NCBI GenBank assembly: GCA_964036045.1
Contig: OZ038378.1
Span: forward strand, 42,780,001 to 42,844,000
Source: Eutreptiella sp. 'Long Island Sound 2002'
Lineage: Eukaryota; Protista; Euglenida
Direction of reading: 5' to 3'
Length of the DNA: 64,000 bases
Part shown: positions 25,315 to 36,499 of the stretch, one piece after another
Layout: each line of letters begins with the position of its first letter
Position numbering within the stretch: the stretch's first letter is position 1
Made by a program: the position numbers and the translations under genes
Notes under the pieces: generated by a model
What the model saw: the letters and a program-made list of their open reading frames with translations, nothing else
Databases searched by the model: none
What the model was told of the DNA's origin: nothing

Positions 25315-25464
25315 CTGTACATCAATTCAATCTTGCAGTCAGTAAACTTGCAGTCCAGAAACTTAATGTCCACGGCCCCAACGTTGTACAACGTGATCAT
25401 AATATAGCATTGGGAAAATGTACAGTTCTTGAAGAGCATGGGATGGCGCTCAAACTCTTCACCA
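25315..25464 (-). CDS. BTB/pentapeptide-repeat gene, internal exon (150 nt, phase 2-2)
   Basis: CAG acceptor and AG|GTGCGT donor. GEEFERHPMLFKNCTFSQCYIMITLYNVGAVDIKFLDCKFTDCKIELMY shows pentapeptide-like periodicity. Confidence 0.7.
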
Positions 25465-28400
25465 CTGAGTTGTAGCAGAGAAAGGGGCTTGAAAGAAGGA
25501 CCACACATAGACCCCTGCTCCACACAAGAACATGTGCATGCTCTGATGGTGCCTCCCTTGGAGGACCCCCGCCCTTATTGAGTTCAATATCATTTTTGAG
25601 CTTTTGAAGGAAAGGACATCCACTGGTCAAGTCCGTTTTACTCACAGTGCCTGCAAATGAAGAGAACTTGTGTGTGTGTTCTTTGGCGACGTGTGTTCTT
25701 GTTTTGCGGTGGGGAGGGTTGCCATAAAGGCTAAGTGTGCAGGGTGGTACTTCCGGGTGTATGAGTTTTTTTAGAAACAAATTGTCTACATTGCTTGTCC
25801 AGGGCCACTGGGGAAAAGACAGGCGAGAGTGGGACTGTTGTCCCTCTGCTCACAAGTGCTGCTTCTGCCCCTTGGTATCCCTCCTGTTTGGAGGGGGTAC
25901 TCACCCAGACATGGCTCCTCAACAACAAAACCTGGGAGTGGACTGAACCCGGCATCCAGAGGTGCAAATGGTGAAAGCTGTCACTTCTGAAGCAAGGTAG
26001 TCCTCATACAACCTTCCATGCCTCGTCGTATTGCAGCAGAGGACTGGGCTGGTGGATCGCTGTAGTGCCGTACTGGATGAGGGGAGAGGTATGCAAAACC
26101 ACCCGGTTGGTCAGTTGTACTGGAGTGGTACTTGCAGCCTGGGCCATGCTGCAGCTCTGGTCCAAGAAAAGGACATTCCATCACAGGGCACGACACGATC
26201 ACACATGGTGGACAATCAATTGCCAAACCAAGTGACCAGTAACCTTTCACGTAAACATTTGGACCCCCCCCTCACTCACTCATGATGTACAAAGGTGTTT
26301 GCAACCCGAACCTCAAATCGGGGGAAATTTTCGAACAAATCGGGGCAACAAATCGGGGGACCACTCTCAGCAGGCTTTCAGCACAGTTGTTGACAACACA
26401 GCATCCCACTGACCTGGAGCTTGGTCCCAATCCCCAAACACACCTTTTTTTTGGTTGTTGCACAGTCAGAGTCATATGCAAACCCGCATTCCCTCATTTT
26501 CAAAAAAAAATTGTTCACCCTCGGGTTTGTACATGGTCCTTGATCACTGTTAGGGAACGAGGCTCAATAACAAATTGGGGCAAATCAGGGAAATCGGCCC
26601 CCGATTTGGGGGGGGGGGGGGGTTGTGACACAGCCCTGGTAGGGTTGTCACCAGGCCTTGGCCACTTCCCTCCCTGGACGGCGGGCAGCAGAAACACTAC
26701 ACCACGAAGCATCCGCAGTATACAGCCCGAAGGCATGCCCAAATGGATGAGGGGTGGAGGTTGGGGGGGGGGGGGGTCAGGGGTACCCCCCATTCCCGCT
26801 TGGACAGCTGTGTTATGACAGTGCGATGGCACGCGCTAGCAGCACATAAGACAGATGCTCGTCAGTAGCCAAAAGCCCATGGGTACCCTGGGGGGTACCT
26901 TTCTGCCAGGAGAGTGAGGGCGGTCAGGTGCCATGGAATGGGCACCGGTAGGTTCGCAGTCCCCAGTGCCGATATGCACACAGGCTGGTGCCATGCTGGA
27001 CACTGTTGCTCCCCCTCTCGCCATTGGGGGTGCTGAGTTTTTAAGGGGCATCATGGAGAAAACCTGAGGACAAAAACTGACTGTCACAACTGAAACCTGG
27101 CACTAAAGAAAACTGTGGTCCAATATCTTCAGGAGGGGGTTAGGGGACCCAAATTCAACTGAGGGATTGAAAACGAAATGACAAACATGTGAGAAGAAAA
27201 GAGGTAATACACTCCACAGTCTGAAAGAAAGGCACCTTTATTCTCCAATTCAGACCTGGTTGAACCTGAACAACCAAAATACAGACAGTACAGACACCCA
27301 CACAATACAAAGGACAACTGGTGTGCAAATACATCTTGAACAGACGTTGTTGGTCCAAGCGTCCGGCTGCCTGCATGCAGGCCACCCCATCAGGTGTGAC
27401 CGCATGGAGCACAGGCTTCTAAAAAATGAAAATGAAGGGGCTCTCCTGTCGGGGGCAAACAAGGGGGTGAGACCCAATTAAAAAACAGACAAATGCAAAC
27501 CAGAGGTAATGCACTCCATAGTAAGGCATAAGTGCATCTTTATTCTCTGTGCCAAACCTGGTTAAACCACAAACAAAAGGGGGGGGGGGGGTTCTGGGGG
27601 ATGGTCAATTGTTGGAAGGAACTCTGGGCACACCTCCACATGACACACCCAAGTTTGTCAAACCGAAGTACCAACTGGCAAAAATACTCCGCCCTCATTG
27701 GTCACCCCTCCCATTGCTCAAAACTGGGGAGGAGGTGGCATTGGCAGTCTTCAGCAAAAAAAAAAAAAAAAAGCAAAATACAAGCCTCCCTCATGACAGT
27801 CCCCACAACCAACCGCCTGCCTGCCTACCCATCCACCTTGTTCATGACTTTGGTTGGCGGAAAGCTGGCTAGAAAATTTCTGGCCCCAATCAATGAGCGC
27901 CAGTGAAGTGTAGCTTGATAATAGGGCTGTTGATCATCAGTCACTGAGACCCCGTTGTGGGCACTGTTTTCTTTCACTGTTTTATTTCGAGCCAAACTTG
28001 AGCCCATGCAGCCCAATTGCAGACTTAGCAGCAGGAAAGGATGGGGCCGGGTGCTGTTGGGTGCCCCAGGGGTCGGTTTGGAGGGGCCCAGCACCAAGTC
28101 CAAGTCCCCCGCCCCTCAGGCCACCCCTAAGTGAAGCTTTTGGCTTGTTCATGTGACTCAAATTTCCGACTCTTGCACATGTGAGCACATATGTGAAAGC
28201 TCCTAGTGGCGGGTGGGGTGGGGGTGGGGGGCGGGGGGGTTGCCGTAAGTGCTGAGTAAGGGGGGGCGGGGGAACCCTAATTAACAGGATTGGATGATTG
28301 AAAATGAGATGACAAACAGAAGGAAATCAGCATCGAAAGCAAAATGAGGTAATGCTCTCCACAGGCTGATAGGGGGAGGGGGGGGGGATGCCATAAATGC

Positions 28401-31400
28401 TGAAAGAGCATGCTGGTTGGTAATCCCGGGTGTACGTGCATGTTCACCTTTTGAGGAAGGAATCCTCCACGTTGGTTGCCCACCCGTTGGGTTGGGGTTG
28501 AAGAGGGCGAGTTCAAAAAACCCCCGCAAATGGTGGGCAGCCTGTTGGGCTATGTGACAGGCGGGGGAAAATTAGGCGGGGGAAAATTCTTTTTACTGCG
28601 TGAGAGTTGGACAGTTGTCCCAGTACTCAAGTGCTTCTGCTGTCCTTGGTGTCCCTCCCATGCCGGCGCCGGCATGTTGCACCCCAAGACAGTGAAATTT
28701 GGAGGGTGCTCACCACCACTGAGTGGGAAATGTAACACAGGGCCAGGGGTTCTGGATCAACAAAATGGTACCCATGAGGGGTGTGCGCAGCACGTTGAGG
28801 CATTTTGCAAGTTGTTTCAGTAGAAAGCGGGGGGGGGGGGGGGAATGTATGTATTGGTGCATTAGAAGAGAGGAGGTGGATAGGGTTTCAGTCAAGCAAG
28901 AGGTTTGGGCTGGCTACTCCCCTTCCTCCTATGATCGTCAACCCATAGCAGCAAAAAAATATGGTTTTGCAATAGAGTGAAACATGCGCACTATGCGCAC
29001 CGCACATAGCACCACACACGCACTGTGCGCCCATTCTTGATTGCTTTTTGCTCACTTTTTGGCAGGGTTGCAGGGTGGCAAGAATATGGTGGCCCAATGG
29101 GTTAGCATAAAATAACAGAGGCCTACACTCGACCTCCTCACCAAGGTCATGGTAGTTGTAGCTGCCCATGCCCCCTGCCAAGGCCATTGAGCATAGGGAG
29201 ACCTCTTGGGCACAGCTTGTCACATTGAAAAGGGTACCCCACAGGGTGCCCAAGGCTGTGAGGCAATTGTTTTGTCATGTTTCATGGTTCAGATCCCCCT
29301 CTCACTGTGTGCTCATCCCCATAAGGGGGTTATTTTGCTTGCTCTCGTGTTTCGAGAATTTCATGTCACTGACTTGATTTTGAACATAAACCAATTGAAA
29401 AAACGATTCCGCGGTGCTTGGCTCACAACCGCGCCATCTTCATCAGGGTCTCTGGTGCTCATGCATGTTGGTGCTAGGATAGTTTTGAGTGTGACAATGA
29501 GGGAAACATGCATGCAGTGCACGCCCAGTGCACATGGTATCTGGGGGTATTGTATGGATGTAGTCTTTTTTTTTGTATTTGCAATTACCTACCTCCTTTG
29601 GCAAAGGATGCTGGCGCACGTGTTTTTCTCTGATTGGAGCGCGCCTTTTTAGTGCCACTGAGCGCCCTCTGATGATCGGGTATTACGAGTTGATTTCTTG
29701 GTCCTCCTGGAAAAGTGTGTCCACAGAATTTTGTTTTGCCGTCCTACAATTCCATGACATGAGATGAAGGATGCGTGGGACTAAATGCCTACCGGGGTAA
29801 TGAGAATTTTTTGAAGGATCTAGTGGAATTCTTCACCATTGGTTCAGTTGTGCAATGCACATTGTGGACAAAGCTGCAACGACGTTTCGGCGTCACGGAA
29901 AAAGAGAAAAAGCAGCAAACGGTTGAGACCAGACACTCCGTTTCAGCCCTTTCAGCCCCCGATGGCGTGTTGTTGTTAAAGGTAGTGCAGAAATGTGTGC
30001 CATTGTTGCTTGGTCTAGTGAAAATTGGAGCTACATTTGGTCAGACGTGGAATCTGAATTGTCATTAGAGCTGAGATCAGACCTGGAATGTTACGAACTA
30101 CTGGCATCCATACCACTCGTGTCACATAGGTAACGTCATCCCCACTAGAAGCAGGCTCTGGTTCTAACCAACTAAACTAACTAACCAACTATGTTTCTTC
30201 ATCGGAATCCACCCCTGTTTTCCGTTTCTTTCCCTTGTCAGCAATTCATGCAATCGCTGGACATGCCGCTTGTGCTTGTGATGGTAGTTTATTACAACCT
30301 TCTTGCAGCCTTCTGTGGTTCATTAAAAGCCGCTGATTTAGTTTTACCTGTTGCACAGTCAGTGCACTGAAAATGCATCACGGTAAATGAGATCCTCAGT
30401 GGTGACAGGGAGAAGTGACTTTTCACCACAAGGAAATGCTCCATGGTGTGGCTTATGGCCTGCAATATGAAAGAAACACCCTGGGCAAAACAACCAACAA
30501 ACGGAGGTGAAAGTAGTTAAATGATAGTACATACAGTATGGAAAGAAACAGCCCTTTCGCAACCAAAAAGGCAGTTTTGCATGGCCGCAGGTTGCAAGGC
30601 AAAGCTTTGGTGTCCACAACATTTCTTCCCTGGATCATGCATCAGAGGAGGAGGAGGAGGGGTCTACGGGGAGCCCCCCCAACTGGTGGTGAGCCATTCT
30701 AATACATCTATGGGGGGGGCAAGGGCTCCCATTGAGCGATATGGTGCCGCCAATCTGCACTGCTGCAAACCGATCACCTCCTCAGCAATGTTATGAGATC
30801 AACCTGGCTGTGAGAAAGCACCTGTGGCATTTTTGGGGTGTAGATGTGCCACTGGTTATTTTTGGGGCAGGGGTTTTGCTATCCTTGATTGTCACCCTTG
30901 AATTCGGGGGTTTGCAAGTTTTGGGCTGAAAATGCCTAGCAGGCCTGAGTTCCTGACTAGGATTGGGTGCAGGGTGGGGGCTTGTGGGGTAGAAATTGAC
31001 CGCTACCCCACATCTTTTTTGACAACAAGACGACGGTTTATTTTAAAAAAAAAATTTCAACTCGAAGGCAAAAAAAATCTCGGGCCTCAAGTTTATGGGG
31101 CTTGCTGAGACCGCTTTTTTTAAACAAGGACAGAAGGTGGCTTTAGTGGCCTTGGGAAATTATGGTACTCCTCGAGAGGGGTGGGTGTTGGGATGTTGTG
31201 ACAGTACACCCTAACTGAGGGGTTGGGGGGGGTTAATTTTTTCTTTTCAAAATGGTGGGTGCATCCTTGTAATGAAAACCCCCCTTCGGGGGTGCAAATA
31301 GCGTGTTGCACACACCATGCAAAGGTTTTGTATGTCCATTTGTATGGGCGCTGCTTTTTGCCACATTGCAGGCTCAAAAGCAGAGTGTTTTGGTAATGTG

Positions 31401-31923
31401 TGCTGTGATGGGGTGCCTGCAACGGCATATTACCTCCTGCCACCCATTCATGCATGTTGGTGTCCCTAATGGTCATTTTTGTTGTCCCTCAGCTCGAATT
31501 TACTGTGTCTTTGTCCTGGGGCACCCCTGGTGCACATATTTTCGACCATTGCCTGAGTACGGATGAGTGAGGGCTAGCCATTGTGTTGGCTTCACCACAT
31601 CTTGTGGGCTGCAGTTTGGTGATGCTTGCCATAAAGGCCACGCTCGTTCGCCCTGTATGATTCATTGTGTGCTTTTGATGGCATCATCAATGAGCGGAAT
31701 TTCTTTAGGATTTCCAAGCTCATGTAGTGCCCATGTTTTGTCCGCCGGCAAAACATGCAGAAGGCACCAAGAATTAACAGCAACCATCTAGAAGGCAAGA
31801 CGTGGCAGAATATCCCAGGAACAGGTTGTACTGACCGCCCCCCCCCCCCTCGAAAATGAAAATGAAATAGCTCCCTCCCCTGGCACAAGCGCAGATATCC
31901 ACACAGCAATATCAAGGGCACAC

Positions 31924-32098
31924 CTGAAGAACTCACATTTCTCAAACGTGAGTCCCATGAATGAAAAGGCGCAGCCTTTCTTACCCCCGCAGTAGCAGCG
32001 GCATTTGACCTTGCAATTCTTTAACAAGCAGTTGCCCTCCAACGACTTCGTGTTCTCAAAGACGCAATCGATGAACCGACAGCCTCCCAAGGAGGCCT
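31924..32098 (-). CDS. BTB/pentapeptide-repeat gene, internal exon (175 nt, phase 1-2)
   Basis: CAG acceptor and AG|GTGTGC donor. ASLGGCRFIDCVFENTKSLEGNCLLKNCKVKC...GLTFEKCEFF is in frame with both neighbouring exons. Confidence 0.75.
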
Positions 32099-32824
32099 CT
32101 GCGCAAGTGATGATGAGGGTGTGAGGGTGAGGAGAGTGTGAGAGTGGGCCCTTCAGTGAATTTTGATTCTTTCCCAGTCAAGAAATTTGGGTCAAGGGGA
32201 GGGGGTGTCGCCATAAAAACTCAGTAAGAGTGCCGTGTGGCATTTCTGGGTGTTCGCATTGGTTTGGGTCATGATGTTTGTTTGCATTGAGGGTCCTCAA
32301 CGATAAAAACCAAAAGCCACGTGTTCGCAGAACAAGGCAGCACTGAACAGCAACTGCTGAGCGACAATGGCTCACCTGCTTATACGCATGGCCCTCAGCC
32401 TCACCTTAAGCTTTTCTTGCATCTTCATCCCTAGCCCTGCCCTACAGCTGCTGGCGTTTACCAGCAAATCTGTAGTCCGTCAACCAGCAACTGCTGCCGG
32501 TGATGGGTACGGGTGACTGACGGTTAGGCTTAAGGAGAGGTTGAAGGTGGGTGTGAGCACTTGGAATTGGAGCTGGATGGAGGCATTGTGGTGCACAAGC
32601 CGGCCGTTGTTTTCGGAGGCACACCGTGTGGTACCTGGTACAGCAGTGAGTGAAAGTACAAGTAGCACCAGGGATAACCTGTACTACACTCGGGCTGTGG
32701 GTGAGAGTGCTGGTAAGGAGGAGGGTGAAAATGACAGCAAGGGAGGTGAGGGTGAGGGTGAGGGTGAAAATGACGGCGAGGGTGAGGGTGAGGGCAAGGG
32801 CATGGGTGAGGGTGAGGGATGCAC

Positions 32825-33077
32825 CATCCAGCAGACACTTCTTGAACCCACAGCTGGTGAAAGCCGAATTGTTCAAATGGCACTTCTGGAAGTCCACCCC
32901 CGTGAAGTTGAGCTTGTAGAGATCCAGATTCGGGAAGTAGCCCCCATTGAATCGCGGGGGGCACTCCCGGTGACACGCCCCATTCAGGATCATCAAGAAC
33001 TCGTTCCGCGCATTCTGTGTGGTATCCCGTAGGAGCTCGGGGACGTCCACGGCAAAGAACTGGGCAGTTTCGCGAAC
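32825..33077 (-). CDS. BTB/pentapeptide-repeat gene, most upstream exon recognised (KCTD9-like architecture; earlier exons not found)
   Basis: CAG acceptor and G|GTGCAT donor. VRETAQFFAVDVPELL resembles the end of a KCTD/T1-type BTB domain, followed by NLDLYKLNFTGVDFQKCHLNNSAFTSCGFKKCLLD pentapeptide repeats. Confidence 0.75.
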
Positions 33078-33699
33078 CTGTGCGGCAGGGGCACCGCGGG
33101 AGAGGGCGAACGAGGAGCGCCGGTAGATTGATAGCGGGGGCTCACAACCATGTGAGGGTTCAGGTCAGGCCAAACGCACAGCAAAACCCAGATGCAGGAA
33201 CATGGGGACACTCATTGCGGACACAGATTCAGATGCATCAGGATCTATGGCCAAGTTGTTGCACTGCATGCGCACTGCGTGCACCTGCCGGGGAACTCAC
33301 CCAAGATCACCTGCCACCTGTTTGATAGCATGGCAAAGCAGCAAAGCCCACAAGATAACAAAAAAACTGCTTTCAAGTTGGTACTCCAACGTACCTATGA
33401 GCAAACCACTCAGCCTTGTAAGGTACAACTATGCAGTGGCATGCAAGATGCACACATGTTCAAGTGGCAAGTGCCACACTTGATATATCACCAAGACGGT
33501 GGCCACACAATTGGCAACAAACACCGTCATCATTTTCCTCCTTCTCAATGGTACCCTCCTCCTGTGCCCACACAAACTCAAGCACATGAGGCCAAGGTCC
33601 ATGGGGCTGATACCTAGTCTACCTGCAAATACAAAATTGAGTAAGGTGGAGCAAAATACACACATGGCGATGCACCTCTGCTACAAAGTGTGTCACACA

Positions 33700-34300
33700 T
33701 TGCAAACAATCCTTCATTGCTACAAGCGTACAAAGAGGTGCCCCACCCTTGCGCGATAGAAGCGATGGATATTGTTATATTCTTCTTGGGCTTCACTCAA
33801 AGGCGCCCGCCCAATATAAGGTACAACAATGTGCAAGCAGCCCTTATAGGCGCCATCATGAGCACCTATTTCAAAATTGAAGAATTGCCGATGTGTTCGC
33901 AAAGGACCACGTTGATCCCAAATCATAACATCCGCTAAGGTTCCCGGCACAAGGTCGCATATCCATACTTTACCATATCCCCAACCGGAAAGGGGCGAGT
34001 CCATATCCCCAACTAGAAATGGGCCACCATAGCACCAAAACGGGTACCCTGCGCTTAACCCCCCCCCAAAGGCATAGGAAGCTTGCATGGAACAAAAAAC
34101 TTGTGGAAAGGGGCCAAAACTAGGGTTCGACTATTTGCTGACATACAAAACCTTGCACTGCGTGCACGGCGTTCCCTGTGACCACAGCCCTCCTTCTTCA
34201 CTTGTTTCAGGGTAGCAAACATGGTGTTTTGCTGGTCCCTCCGTCCGCCTTGCCCACTGAGGGTACCACATCCTATCCTGCCTTTGGTTAGGGGCCTGCA
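33700..34300 (-). mobile_element. Decayed PIF/Harbinger-like (IS5-family DDE) transposase fragment
   Basis: LVPGTLADV...AHDGAYKGCLHIVVPY...LSEAQEEYNNIHRFYRARVGHLFVRL matches the PGxxxD / DxxY / RARVEHxFxRL pattern. Confidence 0.6.
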
Positions 34301-34509
34301 TCGAGGGGGAGGGCGGAAGAAAAATCCCCCCAAGAGGTGAAAATTTTTTTTTCAACCGCGACACTTGTCCCCCCCAACCCCGTATACAAAAATTTCTACC
34401 GTGGGGGACTTTTTCTACCCTAACCCCCCATTGTCCCCACTGGGCCCACAGACCCCCCCCAAAGCCCCCCCCCGTTGCCCCCCCCACCCCCCACCCCACC
34501 CCCCTTGCT

Positions 34510-34620
34510 TCGCCGCCTCCACAAAATTTCTATGGAGGCTGCCCCGGCTACCATGGCCAGGCGTGGCCAATCACATGCCCCCAATCCCAGGGCTGACTCA
34601 CGGAGCGCCGGGTTCCAAGC
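34510..34620 (+). repeat. Dispersed repeat GGCTGCCCCGGCTACC...CGTGGCCAATCACA...GGAGCGCCGGGTTCC (also ~35495-35620 + and ~54522-54612 -)
   Basis: Three clearly homologous copies seen, two direct and one inverted. Confidence 0.8.
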
Positions 34621-34825
34621 ACACGAGCACCAACTTTCGGATCGATTGTTCACATATATATGTACAGGAGCACATTGATCTTTTGACACTATCGCTCTCT
34701 CAAAGAGAAGAGACTACGGCCCCGGCTCAATGTGCAAAAGCGTAGAAGGGAATTGCACCCTTCAGCACTGCGTCGCACTCGGTACTCGCACGCACAACGC
34801 TTGTGACTTGCATCCTGCACACACT

Positions 34826-35415
34826 GTGCCGGGGCGCCAACACACCTGTTTTTGTTGAATGCCTGTCTTCAGCGCCATGCGAAGATGCCGTCAAGTGGTC
34901 GCAGCAGCCTCGGTTGTTGGCACAGGTGCTGGACTTGAGCAGAACACCGAGGGGCCTGCAGAAAAGTGGCATGCACAACACACCTGTTTTTTGCCTGTCT
35001 TCAGCGCCATCCAGAGATGCGCTGCCCATGATGCGGCCATTCTCAACTTGAGGGTTAGGGTCTTCTTGTTGCTCCACTAATTCTTGGTACCTGCAGAAAA
35101 GTGGCACGTGTGCCGGGGCGCCAACACACCTGTTTTTTCGAATGCCTGTCTTCAGCGCCATGCGAAGATACGGGCTGGTGGTCGCGCACGCTCTTTGAAT
35201 GGCGCGCAGTCTTGCCGCAGTAGCATCCGCTCTTCTTCTGAATTCTGCCTTGATACCTACAAAAAAATCGCATGCACAACACACCTGTTGTTTGCCTGTC
35301 TTCAACGCCATCCAGATTTGCACTGGCCACATCCTGTTTGTTGCCTCGCCCACTGGCAGATCAGCTTGGGCACTCCTTCACGCACATCCTTCGTCCACAA
35401 AATCTTGATACCTGC
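34826..35415 (-). repeat. Array of conserved ~65-85-bp modules separated by diverged ~67-87-bp spacers
   Basis: Core AACACACCTG(T)n..TGCCTGTCTTCA(G/A)CGCCAT at ~34840, 34978, 35124 and 35278. Modules alternate between two subtypes and end in (C/T)AG on the minus strand. Confidence 0.8.
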
Positions 35416-36499
35416 AAACAGCTTCCGGAGCGCACTTTGCACTACACAAGCAAACATGGACGATATGCATGACAAGCACCCCACCCCTCCCCCCTGCTCC
35501 GCCACCTCCACAGAAACTGCAGTGAATTCCTGTGAAGGCTGCCCCGGCTACCTAGCCTCGCGTGGCCAATCACATGCCCCCGATCGCGGGGGAGATTCAG
35601 GGAGCGCCGGGTTCCCAACCCCCCAGCCCGCCGCCATTCCCCTTGCCCCCTTCCCTCTGGTCCCTCTGTCCACCTTCTTCTCCACCCTCTGTCGTTGGCG
35701 GCGGGCCTGCCCCCTCCCTCCCGTCTTGCCCCCCTCCCTCTCGTCTCTCTATCCTCCCTCTTCTCTGTTGCCTCCCCTTCTCGCTGCCACCCATCTCGCC
35801 TGCCTTCCTCCCTGTTGTGGGTCACGGTCACCGTCACTTGGCCTGTTTGCCTCCCTGTCTGTACCTTGTCCTGGTGAGCCAGCCCTGTCTTGTGCAGTAG
35901 TTGGTCAGACTGCACAGGCGCATTATTCTCCTCCTCCCTCCTCCCTTTCCACCTCAGGTCAGCTCCTGATCCGTGTGGCTGCCATGGTAAGGCCCACGGG
36001 GTCCTCCGCGCATCGCCGGTGCGGCGCCCTTGCATCGCGCATGCATCACCCTTGCATCGCCCCTGCCAGCTTCCATCTGCTCCCTTCTTCCTGTGTTTCC
36101 CCTTCTTTTGCTTCTCTGGCTCCCATGCCCCCTGCGGTTCTCATCTGCACCCGTGTCCTCCCCCTCTTGGTCCCACTGCCACAACACTGGAACCACCCCA
36201 TGGCGCACGTCGCTTCCCCAACATTGGCTGTGGTCCCACCACCACACACAGGCGGGCCTGCCACCTCCACCTGCACCTCCACCGGAGTGTGCGCGCAGTG
36301 GAGGGGGATTTTGGTGTGGGGGTCTGCGCGGTCTGGCCCCCCCGAACCAGACAATGGCGGGCTGCACGAACCAACGCCAGATCCACGCCGCACGCCACAG
36401 GGCAGTCACCGGTGCCGTGGTGCGCTGGCCACTGTCCCTATCCTCCATCTGGGTTCCCTTTTCTCATATGTCTGCTCTATGCTTATCTTTTCCCTCATC

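Noticed and set aside
25560-25655. Extra exon of the pentapeptide gene after a TTCATTTGCAG acceptor
   Set aside because: Phase-incompatible with the upstream exon, with no convincing donor or repeat periodicity.
29220-29250. GTPQG as an RT motif
   Set aside because: No YADD-type or other RT motifs at the expected distance.
34826-35415. CRISPR array
   Set aside because: Repeats are too long and variable, spacers are partly homologous to each other, no cas genes are present, and the context is eukaryotic.
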